The notes beneath the pieces are model-generated. The model was not told the DNA's origin. It ran no database searches and was given only the letters and a program-made list of their open reading frames with translations. The translations under genes were made by a program, and so were the position numbers. From Hydrolagus colliei (taxonomy: Eukaryota): a stretch of DNA of 64,000 bases. The first letter of the stretch is position 1. Every line of letters begins with the position of its first letter. Positions 47,343-61,439 of the stretch are shown in pieces. Location: contig CM068742.1 in NCBI GenBank assembly GCA_035084275.1, forward strand, positions 35,650,001-35,714,000, read 5' to 3'.

Positions 47343-47611
47343 CAATTAGTCCTCGCTTAATGTCATGGTTGTGCTCTTGAAAAGTGAGACTTTAAAATAA
47401 ACGACGTTAAGTGAACCTGCATAAGAATACCGGATGTTCAGCATCTATATACACTTACGCTACCCAAAGCACTGTAGTTTGTTTCCACCCGCTGGCGAAC
47501 GACGTAATAGAGAACATTGTGATGTTAAATGGAGATATATGTTCCCCTATGCATCAGCAAAGTAATAATGAAACAATGTTGACTGGATCAATGTTAAGCA
47601 AAGACCAACTG
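47343..47611. mobile_element. Tigger-like MITE of a second family, 269 bp
   Basis: TA|caattagtcctcgcttaatgt ... atgttaagcaaagaccaactg|TA (imperfect TIRs). Confidence 0.75.
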
Positions 47612-48539
47612 TACTGATATGGACGTTTATCAAATCAACGGAAATTGTTCCCCATTGTCGTTCAACATGTTCCACTGCAAGTTTAGCCTAATGTGATATT
47701 CTAGATATCCCATCAGACTGTAATCTTAACATTTACAAGATGAGAAGAATAATGAATGAAAGGCATATCATGCAATATTATCTTATTCAATTGAATATCT
47801 GTTTATACATTTATTACATGTACAAGGAGTACGAAAGGCTTGAAAGACTTGAAATCGTATTTCAAATCAAATACATATCTAAATATTTTGCAAATTAACT
47901 TTCCATGAGTCTGAGGGAGTGTATTTCAAGTGTTGTACCTTAGGGCTTTTAATAGAGAAATTATTTGTATAAAGTGAAATGAGGTGTACATTAGGCAAAG
48001 TTAAACCCAATCAGTGCTCAGTTACACATTTCACGGTTGAGCACCTCAACAGCAGAATATGAATCTCTTGACTCATTAAGAATTTTGCACAGTTTTCCAC
48101 AGTCAAATAGCCAAATAGTCTTGCTCGATAAAACCAGGTAGGATTTGGAGCGTTTTTACTTAAAATTTAATTCCACATAATTTTGTTCAGTCTTAATTTG
48201 GAAGTTGGTCCCGTTTAAGAACCATGGAAGATCGACTTTCACATTTTAAAATGATCTTCATTTGCATTTCATATAGTGCTTTCATGTTGGAAGGATGTCC
48301 CAAAGTGCTTCATGGAATTGTATTGTAAAGTGTAATGACTGTGCATTTAGTAGATAAACAAGGCATCCACTTTTCACACAACAACATCCCCCCAAAAACC
48401 ATGAAATGAAAGAACAATATTATTTGAGGGGCTTGTTAGCCAAGGTATCATGAAAAACTTCCTTCACTTTTTGAATAGTGACATAGAGTAGAACTATTCC
48501 AGTAAAATAGGCATAGGGTCAGACAATTTCAGAAACCGT

Positions 48540-48958
48540 TGATCCCTCAAACAAAACAATAATAAATTGGTCACTTCAATCCACTATTGTTTGTGGAACA
48601 CTGCTGTGCACAATTGGCTGCTGCGTTTCACCTACAAATTTGTGAAGTCCTGCAGCTCAGCAGTTGGAGCACTCGCCTTACAATCGTGAGACCTGTGTTC
48701 GAATTCGGACAAGGTGAAACCTTGGGCAAGTTTCCTTGCTCTACATGCCTAATAATAATCCCTCCAAAAGAAACTATAATAAATTGATCATTTCAATCCA
48801 CGATTGTTTGTGGGACAGTGCTGTGCACAATTGGTTATCACGTTTTGCTCACAAACATACAGTCAATTCAGTATACAGTATATTCTGTGAAGCACTTTGA
48901 GACGTATAGAAGACGGGTAAAGCCTATATCAAATGCAAGGATTATTATTATTATTATT
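48540..48958 (+). mobile_element. Partial SINE body followed by a full-length SINE (about 48646-48958)
   Basis: cctgcagctcag...gttcgaattc B box...ccttgggcaagtttcc...aaatgcaagg(att)n. Confidence 0.85.
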
Positions 48959-49039
48959 AAATATACTTTACAGTATATTTTATTGTGGAGTTAGCTCAGT
49001 GTTGTGAAAGGCGATATACAGGTGTAATTTTGTTGTTGT

Positions 49040-49831
49040 TGATAGAGCACTGATCTTGTATGCGAGAGACCTGGGATCAATTCCAGGCAGGACAAAACCT
49101 TGGGCAAGTTTCCTTACTCCACATGTCTGTTAATAATCCCTCAAAAAAATATTATTTGGTCATTTCAATCCACAACTGTATGTGAGACACTGCTGTGCAC
49201 AATTGACTGCCACGTTTCACCCACAAATATAACAACAACACAATTACACTTGCATAGCACCTTTCACGTCAGGAGGACATCCCAAGGTGCTGGACAGTCA
49301 CTGCTTCAGACCTGAGCTGAGGACGGGGGTGGGTGGGGGAGAAGGTGGGGTATAGGAGTTGCTGATGAGTCCATTGAAGAGGAGAGTCTTGAGTCAAGAC
49401 TTGAAGGAGGCCAGGTAGGCGGCGAGGCAGAGGGACTACGGGATGGAGTTCCAGAGGTTGCGGGCAAAGTGGCTGAAGGCCCCACCAATGGTGGGGCGGG
49501 TGGGGCGGGGGATGTCGAGCAGGCCAGAGTTGCTGAGTGGAGGGGGCAGGCAGGTTGGTAAGGGGATAGGAGGTCACAGATGTAGGGTGGGACGAGGTTG
49601 CGGAGAGTTTTAAACGTGAGGATCAGGATCTGAATTGGATCCTCTGGATGATGGGGAGCCAATAGAGCGGGCGAGGATGCGGGAGATGGGGTTATGGAGA
49701 GGTAAAACACATGGGTCGCAGAGTTCACTTTACAAAGTCAATTCACGTTATAGTATATTCTGTGAAGTCCTTTGAGATATCTAGGAGACATGAAAAGTGC
49801 TATATCAAATGTAAGGATTACTATTATTATT
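49040..49831 (+). mobile_element. SINE split by an antisense L2 3' end (about 49230-49725, -)
   Basis: The SINE stops at cccacaaatat and resumes at agtcaattcac. The insert has a (caa)n tail and IQILILTFKTL..L.PPYICDLLSPYQP on the minus strand. Confidence 0.88.
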
Positions 49832-52800
49832 GATAGGAGAAAAATTACCATGAAAAAAAAATGTAATTCCTTAATGTATTAATCCTAATGTCAAGCAAAA
49901 ATAATCGCAACATACAGACTCACATTCTGCAGCTTATTTTTTACTGAAGAAACGGAAAGTAAAATTCCGAATGTCTTTTAAAATGGCACAATCAGATACG
50001 GAGAGCACATGAATAAGCTTTAATCTTACTCTTGGAAGTTAGGTTGAAGAGATATCCAACTAGTTTGACAGTAATGGCTTTTATTCAGAGATGGGCTCTC
50101 ATTTGTTTATCAGAAATGACATTCAGTTACTCATGATATTCTGTTTCTTCCTAATTAACCTAAGGTTCGATTGAACCTTATGATTTCAATTCATTGTGCA
50201 ACACAGGTCTTTAATGTTTGTTAGATGTTCCTTTTAGAGGTATTCTATATGTCAGATTTTGTTGCTGGAATAAAGCTACTGCAAAATGTAAAACAAGCAG
50301 ATCCATAATGGATCAATTTGCTTTTGATCTCATTTACTCTCTTACCATCCTTTTTAATTTCATTAATATGTCTCTTATTGATGTACAATACTGTCCTGAA
50401 TGATTCTTACTGATTTTTCCATCCTGTTTTATTATCTGTGTTGCTAACTGAATATTTGCTATTCCGGATTTGGTGTGCTGGCTCAATTCTGGTATCTGGT
50501 ATCTTTTGATTTATCTATTTGAAAAGAGACGGGAGCTTCTCCCGGTGTCTGGCCAACCATTCTCCAGATAAAAGTGGTCATTTTATTTCATGACTCTTTG
50601 TGCGATGTTTCTGTGTGCAATTTGGCTGCTGCAGTTTGCATCCTACAAATATGCATCACTGCATTTTACAGAAAATTATGTGAAGTGTTTTGAGACATGA
50701 AAAGCACTATATCAAATGGAAAGAGTATTATCCTTTATTAAATCAATCTGGATAACTCACTTTCTTCCTTTTCCATTTCTTGGACTTATTTCTGTGATTT
50801 GATGAATTTTACATTTTGCAGCCTTTGATCTCATAGTCCACTGTATTAATATGTCCCAGTGACCTCCGAGTTTTGGGCTGTTTCTATCTAGCTCTATAAC
50901 ATGATCCACAGTGCTAAGACCAGCTCATCGACTGAGATACCTTTGTGACACCACAACAGCTGCTGCTATGATGCTAGTTTGCATTGATTTTAAAACATCT
51001 GCAATTTATGTAAGCAAGAAATCATTGAGAGCCATGGTAATTAATACCCAAATTTATTTTGCAGTAGAATCACAAAGGTAAGTTCCGAAGCAAATTTTTC
51101 ACCTAAAGTGCAAGTTATTTGAAACGCTTGCTGACACGGGGAGACATGGACAGACAGTAAAGGGCAACTTCACACTGAGTACTCTCAGGTTGCATTGAGA
51201 GTAAGTAAATTCCCCACATGCACTTCAGCTTTCAAACAGTCCGAATTAATACAAACCCTGTTTATTCAATGCTTTGGTGCAATCATCCAGTGTCAGGGAT
51301 TTAATCCATGTGCAAAGATCAATTGGAGGCACCAGATGCATCACTATAGATTATTCAGTGGAACTGCCCCTTTTATGCAGATGGGAAGCTCTATAATAAT
51401 GATCCTTATATAGTTCCTTTTCACATCAACAAGACATCTCACAGTGCTTCACAGAATATACTGTAAAGTGGTATGACTGTGTGTATTTTGTGGATGAACA
51501 TAGCAGTGTATTTGCGTACAGATGGCATTTTTCTTAGCTGATGCATGTGTGTATTTCTCACCGGAAGAAAAAAATAAGAATCTTACTGAGCTGGCAGCAG
51601 GCCTGAGCCGATCAACCACTTGATAATTTCCTGAAAAAAAACTTGGAGGCCTTTCTAGGACTTGCTCAAAATTTACAAAACAAAAAACGCTTATGAGCAA
51701 ATAAAAATGCTGTAGGTGAGATCTGTAATAGAGGAGACCGCTGTGCTGCCACTGAGGCGTGATAGTTACTGGCAGGTTCAGTTAGAAAATACTATCATTT
51801 TTAGCCTTAATTTTAGTCTTAATCTGTCTGGCCGCTGACAAATGCACTTTTTGAATTGCGGATTGTACAATACCTCCCTCACAAGTACCAGGTAAATTCA
51901 GCAAACTTGTAGAAACAGAAGCCAAGCATTGATCTGGTTGTAAGTGTTATTTGAACAGTATAAAAGACAAATAGGATATAAAATAACTTATAAATAAATA
52001 AATGCATTTCTCTGTAAATGCAAGAGAAAATTACTTTGTAAGCTTTTGCCTTTAATTCCATGCATGCAATGAATTGCTGACCAGTTGCCAGGTCAGTAAA
52101 ATGATGATTTAAGCTCAAAGAAAAGTCCCACTTGCACGACTTTTAATTCACATTTTACATCACTTTTATAGCTAATTAAAAATGCTTAGGTTGAAGCTGT
52201 GGAGTAGCTATCTATCGTCAGCTAGTTTGAGGAGAAAAAATATGTTGTCTCCAGGTTGCAGAATTAGAAAGGGTCTATAGTAGTCTGATTTATGATAGCA
52301 TAAACTGTTCTAGACGTACAGATCGAATCAATGATCCAACAATGTGATGCAGTAGTCTTCTCTAAATGTTAAAATTCAAAAGAATGGTGTCTGCACTTTC
52401 TCTCTTTCAAAGGCTCATATTTCTAACAGATCATATTTCCTTCCACTCTTCTACACATAAATGGTATATGATTTACTTGCATCCGAGTAATGTTTAAGAA
52501 TGAATTTAACACAGGGAAATTGAGTTTTAATTCCCACACTGTATGGAAAAGTAGTTGTATAAAAATAATAATAATCATAATCCTTGCATTTGATAGCTCC
52601 ATATCACATCATTGAAATATCTCAAAGCACTTCACAAGATTTGACTGATAAGCATAGTGATTGTGTAATTGTAGGTGAACATAGCAAACAATTTTGAGCA
52701 CAACAATGACCCACACATTGCCATGAAATGAATAATTACTTTTATCTGGAAGATTAAGTAAATCAACAAATGACTAATTAATTCATCATTAAGTCAACAC

Positions 52801-54982
52801 AGCATCAGAGAGGTAGATTCTGCCCAACCTGTCTCATGCACATTCAAAATTGACAATTATATGTAATGTAGTTGTTTTAGCTTTCCAAAAGGCATTTGAT
52901 AAAGTTCCCCATGAGAGACAATGGCTTGAGTAGGAATTAATTCAGCTGATGCAACAATTGGCTTTTCATTTCATTGTTGTCTATGGGACATTGCCAGTAC
53001 AGATGAACTGCCACTCATATAACAAAAATCACTTCAATAATTATGTATTGTAAAGGGCTACAAGACATTTATTTTTGTATGAAAGGTCATATCAAAGCGA
53101 GTCATTATTAAAGGAAGAAAGTTAGAGTCTAACCTGCTCTATTTATATATAGGCAGGAAATTGCTATATGGAATGTGATTATTATTGATCACTGCTCAGC
53201 GGGATACCAACGATATTTTTGTTTGCTTACCATAAATCACCAACCATTAGTCAAAGGCTGTGATCTAGAATCAGAAATGCAGTCTCACAGCCTTAGCTTT
53301 GCCGAATGTCTCCTGTAGACTGAGGGGTCTGCTGGTCCGGGTGTACTTATTGAGTGGAATATCAATTGGATCACTAAATCAACAACAAAATTACATTTAT
53401 CTAGCGCTTTTCATGTCGGGAGGACGTCCCAAAGCGCTGAATCAACCCCTACATCTGAAGATTGTTTCTGCTTCTTCTTCAGGGATTGTACTAGAATTAG
53501 AGAAAGTTTCTAAGACAGTCTAAGACAGATGGAAACTGTTCATTCTATTGGGTCAATGCTTCTTCTTGCTCCCCCATTGCAGTTATATACTCTGATCTTC
53601 CCTGCTCTTTCCCACATAATATTTATATTATTGTCCCTGAAAGTATTTATCAATTTCTCTTTAAAATGCTTTATAGAAATGGTAATTCATGAACTTGAGC
53701 TGCCTATAGAGGAATGAACAAGAGCAGAACTACAGGATGCTTCAAATGTGGGAAATTCCAGGTCACACAGAATATATAATTGATGTATGTGAGATTTACA
53801 ATATAGAAGGGAGACCATTTGGTTTATAATGTCTGTACCCGCACTAACTCCATCACAAGCATTATCTACTCTGTTCCCATTCCTCCACTCTATCCAATAG
53901 CCTTTAATATTTTTTTTTATTCAATTCCCTTTTGAAGTGACCCTATGGACTTCGATTCCATAGTCATTCTGTCCTTCCCCATACCAGTCCTGTTCGCATT
54001 CAATTTGATATAATATTTCTTTTGGGTTTTCTTTCACTTCAGCATATGACCTTCACTTTAAAAGTTGCAGAACAGCATCTTCTTCTCTGGACTATTTAAA
54101 CACAAATGACATTTAAGTTACGTTTGGAGTAAAATGCTTTTTTACTTTGCAGTTGTGTATTGTGAAAGATGCTGCCTCACATCTCCAGTGCCCTCATGTT
54201 GTGTTCCAGAAAAGATCCTGTATCACTTAAAGGTAAAAGATGTGTCTCAAACAGTTGCAGCATATATTGAATGGATTACACACTAGTATTCAAATATTCA
54301 TGAGGTTGATCTCTAGTGTTAAAGTGATAAGCTATGAAGAATGGCTAGATAAGACAGGGCTTCTGTAAGGACCCCTGTCTCAGAGGGGTCCTAACAGAAG
54401 CATATAAGATGCTATGTGGGATAGACAGTAAACATAGTACAATACTGTACTATACTTTTAGATACCCCAAGACACAGACAGAGTTTCCATTTTCAAGGTT
54501 GTGAAAGACAAGTTTTGGCCAGACACCAGGAAGTGTCTTAGAGGGGTCCTTAAAGAAGCAAGTTTAGGACAAACACCAGAAATAATTTTTTTGCATAGGT
54601 AATCAACAGCTGGATTGGGGTACCAGGAACAATGACATTGGATTAATTTAAGAATTAGTTTGATTCTGTAATGCAAAAGCATTAGAGTTGGTATTCTGGA
54701 AATTGCCATTTACCCACAAAACACACAGACATTCCACTTTATAGTGGAATTTATTCCTGTGAAGCAAAGTGAGATGGTCTCCTAATGGCAAACCTGCTCA
54801 ATTTAATGTAAAGATTATTCTTATTAATAAATGAAAAGGCCACAGAACTGTCATCATCTGAAGCCATTTTGTGATCTTGTCATTGTGATAATGTGCAAAA
54901 ATGGCATTAGCAAAAATGGCTAAATGTAGTACATCATTATGTATAACCAACTAACTTCACCATTCAAAATGGTACAGTTTGG

Positions 54983-55380
54983 ATAATAAATCTTACATTT
55001 GATATGGTGCCTACCGCATCCCTGAAATGTTTGGAGACACGGTGTAGTGTTGTAATTGTGTATTTTTAGACAACAAAGCAACTAATTTGCACACGGCAAT
55101 ATCCCACAAATAGCCATGAATTGCAATGACCAATTTTATGTTGGGGATTGTTGACCAGGACACTGGAGGAAACTCCCTTCTCATTTTAAATAGAGTCATG
55201 TGATATTTAACTCTATCTGAACAAGCAGATGGGACCCCTGTTTAATATTCCATCTGAAGGATGGCGTCTACAATAATGGAACTGTACTGGATTGTCAGTT
55301 TAGACTATGAGATCAAACTCCTGACATGGCCTTGAACATAGAATTTTTCTGATCAAAGGTGAGAGTACTACCAACTGAGT
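54983..55380 (-). mobile_element. Full-length old SacSINE1/DeuSINE-like SINE
   Basis: Collinear with the reverse complement of 40143-40555: tail, cccacaaatagccatgaa, catctgaaggatggc, actaccaactgag. Confidence 0.75.
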
Positions 55381-57014
55381 AAAGATGGGGGAAATCCTAT
55401 GTGCAAAGTAATTGCTCCAGTCGTTTTTGAATAGTCAGTCACTACACTTTACAATAAATCCTTTGAAGTGCTTTGAGATGTTTAGTCAACATGATAAGTC
55501 ATAATACCTATTGTTTAAAAATGAACCAGTTAATGGTAGGGAAGATATACCAACTGACACCTTCTCCTTCTAGTTCACTCATATAGTAGGAAATCAGAAG
55601 ATTAGTGCCAAATACGCTTAAGTTGTCAATTTATCAGTGAGCAGATTTTGACATCATATATGTGTGAGGAAAGAATGAGTTTGATATTCAAATAATTACT
55701 TTTTGATTGCATATAATAACTGTAGAAGTGAGAAAAGACAGATTTGCTCATAAAATCTAATGGCTATTACCGAATTTCTTTAGCATAAATTTGATGAAGG
55801 TTAGCATGGCAACCAACCATATCGGTGACATTTCACCAGATTCTATAAACAGTTTGCATTCTATGAAAGCCAATGCTGCTTATCAGGCTTCCTTTGAATT
55901 CTCATTATCCGATGTTGAGATGGTTAAGTTATTGGTAAACAATCAGGTGCAAAATGCAATATTCCCAAACTGGACATCCCTGGGCTAATAGTAGCTCTTG
56001 GTTTGTGAATGAAAATGCAGGATTCACTAAATGATTCATTTAAAAAGTGATAGGAAACAAATCCAAATATGAAGGTTTGGGAAGACTGTTTTCAGGCAAC
56101 TTGAGCTTGGGCCAAGGAAAGATGCAAAAGCTAAAGATCAAACGCAATCATGATTTTTCAATTTACGGATATTGCATTTTTAATCCCACGATCATCTAAA
56201 TGTGGGGAATTTAACATTTTTCGAAAGTTTGGTTGAGGGATATTTACTGTGCATTTACAGTAGGGACAAGTTCTGCTGTCGTCCTTGAGATGATTGCTGC
56301 TGATGTTAGTCAAAATCAAATATCTCCCTTGTACATAGCATTGTTTGCCCACAATACACACTCACTATACTTTAAAGTAAATCCTGTGAAGCTCTTTGAG
56401 ACTTCCTCCCAATACGAACACCATTATATAAGGATTATCATTATTGTCATGTAGCCGGACACTATCCCTGAATAGGAAAATATTCCTTTTAAATGACACA
56501 ACTTTACAAATGAACTGCCCAGTTTTCGTTTACACATTTTCCCCCCTTCACTGTTGAAGCAGAGTAATTGAAATGCTCTTTAAATCTAATCTATTCCATT
56601 TCAGATGGTTCACTGGCTTCCTCTCGGGAACTAATTAAGCTACTTGAAATTATGTCATAGTTGATGATTAGTTTCTACTTGAACCGTTCAAGCTACCAGC
56701 ACACAAACAAGATTTAACCTGGAAAACTCCAGATTCACACTCTCAAATTGATATTAGATAGATAGAGGTAGAGATTGTTATACTCAGTACATTTTTATCA
56801 AATATAGTATCTGAATTAAAGAAAGATACACATTGAAAAATATTTGGGGAACAAAAATAGTGAAATTACAAAACAGAAAGATGTTTAAAAGCAAGATACT
56901 GTATTGATTGCTATTTGAGGTATGTGGACATTAAGGGATATGAAGCCAAGATAGGGAAATGGGATTAAACAATGTACTATAATCTAATAAAGTGGCAGAA
57001 TAATAAAATAGTAT

Positions 57015-57310
57015 AATAATACTTGCATTTGATGTACTGCCTTATCATGCCATCAAGAAATCTCAAAGTGCTTCACAGGAGTTTACTATAAAGTGTAGTG
57101 ACTGTATATTTGTTCATTAATGCAGCATCCGATTGGTGCATGTCCCACAAAAATGAATGAACAATTTTACTAGATGGTTTGGCCAGAAACTCCCTTCTCT
57201 TTTTGAATCATACCATGAGATTCTTAAGATCATTCTGAACAGGAGATGGGAATTCGGTTTAGCATCTCATCTGAAGGATAGCACCTCTGAAAGTGCAGCA
57301 CTGCAGTGTC
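57015..57310 (-). mobile_element. Old Deu-type SINE, 5'-truncated
   Basis: cttgcatttgat tail...catctcatctgaaggatagcacctctgaaagtgcagcac core. Confidence 0.7.
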
Positions 57311-57967
57311 TTGGTATTAACAGGTAATGGTCTACTCTTACTTTCACGTTCGATTATTAAAAAATTTACATCAGCAAGAATAAAATATTTCTACTATCAG
57401 TGGTATTATCAGGATTGCTTCCAATTACAGTTAACTTATTGTCCCAGGATTTTTAGAGTTTCTGAAATCTTTGAGTTCTCAATATGGCATGTTGCTGTTG
57501 AGATAAAAGAAATAAGGAAACATTACGCTGGGCTACTGAACAGATAGCAAATCAGTTACCTTATGATTAATGTTTGATTTCTTTGGATAAAAAAATTACC
57601 TCTAAATAGATGGAAAGACAGTATTTTAGTTCCAACTTTACAAATCAACCTCTTTCAAATCTGCCTAGTCAATTTTCCAGCATCCTTTTATCCATCATCC
57701 ATATTCAATTGCCATTTAGGTCCTTAAAGCAATATGCAATATCTTTCTTCTTTTAGTCTTTTGTCTTCTTTTTTTAATCTTATTCTATCATTCTTTGTGG
57801 TCTTTTATTTCTTTTCCGCATCTGGTTGTTCACTCAATTTCTACCACTCCTTGCTTTTCTTTCTGCTTTTCCTTTTTCTCCTGTAATTTCCTTATTGTTC
57901 TTTAATCTCCAATGATATTCATCTATGCATCTTTCCTTTTTCATCTTTTACCCAACAGTCCTGTATT

Positions 57968-58238
57968 GGAGTCCTGCAGCTCAGTGGCTAGAGCATTACA
58001 AGTGAGAAACCTGAGTTTGATTCCCGGCAGGGAGAAACCTTGGACAGGTTTCCTTACTCCACAGACCTGATAATCATCCCTCAAAAGAAAAATAATAAAT
58101 TGTTCATTTTTCACGACTGTTTGTGGGACACTGCTGTGCGGAATTAGCTGCTGCATTTTGCCCACAAATATACCGTTTTTTGAGACATCTAGAAGATGTG
58201 AAAAGTGCTATATCAAATGCAAGGATTATTATGATTTT
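57968..58238 (+). mobile_element. tRNA-derived SINE inserted in the Gypsy element
   Basis: ggagtcctgcagctcagtggctagagc head, gtttgattc B box, and aaatgcaaggattatt tail. Confidence 0.88.
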
Positions 58239-58406
58239 TAATAGGATCTGGGTATTTTATCTTTCTCCCCAATTTTTTCTTTAATCCAGCTTTCCAATTT
58301 TAAGTTTTCGCTCCGAAACCAAATGGCTTCATTTTTTCATTGCCTCTGGTACTCATCTTAATGGCTAAATTATCACTTCTAAGCGTCTCCCTCTATTAAT
58401 TCTCTT

Positions 58407-58760
58407 TCAGAATACCTGTTTATATTTTCCTACGATTTCTTCCATTACCCTTGGTTCACTTTCCTCTATTTTCACATTCACAATTCTTTTTAACATTCCC
58501 ATTTTTATTATATCTTCCAACCCTAATAAAGTATCAAGTTTTATTTTTACAATGTAGAATTGTATTCTGTATTGTCTCCCTTTGTATACCTCTTCTATCT
58601 CTATCCTGTCCACTGTTTCTATTTTTTCTTTGTTATATGCCATTCATTTATTTTTCCTTCTCCATTTTTTTCTTATTTGGTTCTCCTAATTTTATATATT
58701 CTTCCTATGAAATTGGCTTGTGCTCCTGTATCCAATTTGCATTGAATTATTTTCCTTGCT
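58407..58760 (-). pseudogene. Gypsy aspartic protease remnant
   Basis: KIIQCKLDTGAQANFI (DTGA at 58721-58732) and QFYIV...TLLGL, followed by the EEIVGKYKQVF linker. Confidence 0.8.
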
Positions 58761-58855
58761 TTTTTACACCATAAATATACCATCCACTTTTTAATTTTTT
58801 TATTTTGTGTTTACGCTCTCTATGAGTTTTGCTGCTTCAATCTTGTACTCCTCTT

Positions 58856-61300
58856 AGGAACATATGAACATAAGAATTAGGAGCAGGAGTAGGCCATTCA
58901 GCCCCTCGAGCCTGTCCCACCATTTGATAAGATCATGGCTGATCTTCTGACCTAACTCTATCACCTACCCTATCCCCATATCCCCAATCCCTCTATTTTT
59001 TAAAAATCTATCAGTCTCAGCCTTGAAAATGTTCAAGGACTGAGCATCTACAGCCTTCTGGGGTAGTGAATTCCATAAATTCACTACCCGCTGAGTGAAG
59101 AAATGTTTCCTCAACTCTGTTCTAAAAGGCTGACCCTTAACTTTAAGATTATGACCCCTGGTTATAGATTCTCCTACCAGGGGAAACAGTCCCTCAGTGC
59201 CTACTTTACCTAGCCCTTTAAGAATCTTGTATGTTTCAATAAGATCCCCCCTAATTCTTCTGTACTCCAGAGAATACAGCCCTAGTTTATTCAACCTATC
59301 CTCATAGGTCAGTCCCCTCATCCCAGGAACTGACCTAGTGAATCTATGCTGCACCCCCTCTAAGGCAAGTATGTCCTTTATTAAATAAGGAGACCAAAAC
59401 TGCACACAATACTCTAGGTGCGGTCTCACCAGAGCCCTATACAGTTGCCAGCAAGACTTCCCTACTCTTGTACTCTAAACCTTTTGCAATGAACGCTAAC
59501 ATGCCTTTTGCCTTCTTAGTTGCTTGCTGCACCTGCAAACTAACTTTTTGAGACTGGTGTACAAGGACAACCAAATCCCTTTGTACACTAACACTATCTA
59601 ACCTCTTCCCGTCTAGAAAATATATATTTTTTATTTTTGCTACCTAGATGAATAATTTCACACTTCCCCACATTAAATTCCATCTGCCACTCCCCTAGCC
59701 TATCCTGTTGCAATCTTTTTGCATCATCCTCACAGCTGATTCTCCTACCTAGTTTAGTGTCATCCGAATTTAGACAGGTTACATTCAATGTCCTCATCTA
59801 GATCATTGATGTAAATTGTAAATAGCTGAGGCCCAAGCACTGATCCTTGTGGCACTCCACTAGTTACTTCCTACCAATTTGAGACTGACTCGTTTATCCC
59901 TACTCTCTGTTTTGTACCCATTAGCCATTCTGCTATCCATGCTAATATGTTCCCATTAATCCTGTGGACCTTGACTTTGTGCAATAGCCTTCTGTGTGGC
60001 ACTTCATCACATGCCTTCTTAAAATCTAAACATACCACATCTACTGGTTCCCCCCTATCCACCTGCTAGATACATCCTCAAAAAACTCTAAAAGATTAGT
60101 TAAGTATGACTTCCCTTTTGTAAAGCCATGCTGACTCTGCCTAATCTTGTTATGGTCTTCCAGGTATCCCACAACGACACCTTTAATTAAGGACTCAATT
60201 TTTTTTCCCTACCACTGATGTCAGACTAACTGGTCTATAGTTCCCCATGTTTTCTCTGTCACCCTTCTTAAATAGTGGAGTTACGTTTGCAATCTTCCAA
60301 TCAATGGGACCTTTTCCAGCATTCAGAAAATTTTGGAAGATTATAGACAAGCCATCATCCACTATCTCAGCAGCCATCTCCTTTAAAACTCTAGGATGCA
60401 GGCCATCATGTCCAGGGATTTATTGGTATTAAGACCTGACAATTTACCTAAAACCATTTCTTTGGTAATATTAATCTCCCTAAGTTGCTCGCTAACATTA
60501 TCTTCTTGGTTCCCCTCTATTCTTGGTAGGTTTTTACTGTCTTCTATGGTGAAGACAGTAGCAAACTACAGTAGAAGCCCATTTATCAGGCACGCTTGGA
60601 GGGGTCGACTAATTGACTGTGCCGGATAATCGGGCGGCAAGTTTTATAGGTTTTTTCTTTTAACTTTATACTTTCCCTAACTGCTCTAGTTAGCCTTGGT
60701 TGGATCATCTTTCCCATGGCATTCTTATTCCTCAAAGGAATACGTGCTCATTGGGAATTATGCACTATCTCCTTGAATGTCTGCCATTGCTGCTCTACGG
60801 TCAAATCCTTAAGTCTAATTTCCCAGTTTATTCTGGCTAAATCCTCTCTCATACCAACAAAGTTGGCTCTATTTAAATTTAGGACCTTTGCTTTGGACTT
60901 AACTACTTCCCTCTCTAACTTAATGCTAAATTCCATCATATTATGATCACTTTGCCCTAGAGGAGCCTTGAGTTCCAGTTTGCTGATCAGCCGTGTTTCA
61001 TTACACAAAACAAGGTCTAATATGGCCTGTTCTCTGGTTGGCTCCTCGGCATACTGATTTAGAAAATTATTCCTAATACATTCTATAAACAACTCCTCTA
61101 TCTTACTTTTCCCAATTTGGTTGTCCCAGTCTATATGCAGATTAAAATCACCCACAATTAATATCTTTCCTATGCTACATGCTCCACTAATCTCCTGATT
61201 TAGACCTTGAGTGATACTTTGGCTGTTTGGGGTCTATAAACTACTCCACTAGAGTTTTCTGCCCCTTATTCTTGCTCACTTCTGCTAGATTCTATATCTG
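58856..61300 (-). mobile_element. About 2.4-kb CR1 LINE, truncated within the endonuclease, inserted between Gypsy gag and protease
   Basis: EN motifs LVGVVYRP, GDFN, LDLVL, SDH. RT motifs NYRPVSLTS, LDFKKA.D.VPH, DDTKL. The C-terminus is near-identical to 3771-4450. Several frameshifts. Confidence 0.95.
60569..60643. mobile_element. Single left end of the Tigger-like MITE inside the CR1
   Basis: TA|cagtagaagcccatttatcaggcacgc...gtcgactaattgactgtgccggataatcgggcggcaagtt matches 36863-36973. Confidence 0.88.
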
Positions 61301-61439
61301 AACTGTCTCTCCTTTTATATTCCCCTGATTTACTTCGCTAAATTCTCGTTCTCCTCAGTTTATTCAAACGCTTGTACTCTCTTCTTCCTGTTTGACTTTG
61401 TTCCTGTGCTTTATATCTGCTGTATTGCTCTACATTTTC

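Noticed and set aside
50161-50180. Hairpin taaggttc-gatt-gaacctta
   Set aside because: An 8-bp stem is expected by chance in 64 kb of AT-rich DNA.
51065-51077. Micro-exon ttttgcag|TAGAATCACAAAG|gtaagt
   Set aside because: 13 nt is not frame-preserving and cannot be told from chance without RNA data.
58842-61384. cttgtactc(c)tctt on both sides of the long CR1 as a target-site duplication
   Set aside because: The right copy is about 70 bp beyond the recognisable CR1 end and may be an internal repeat of the Gypsy gag-protease linker.
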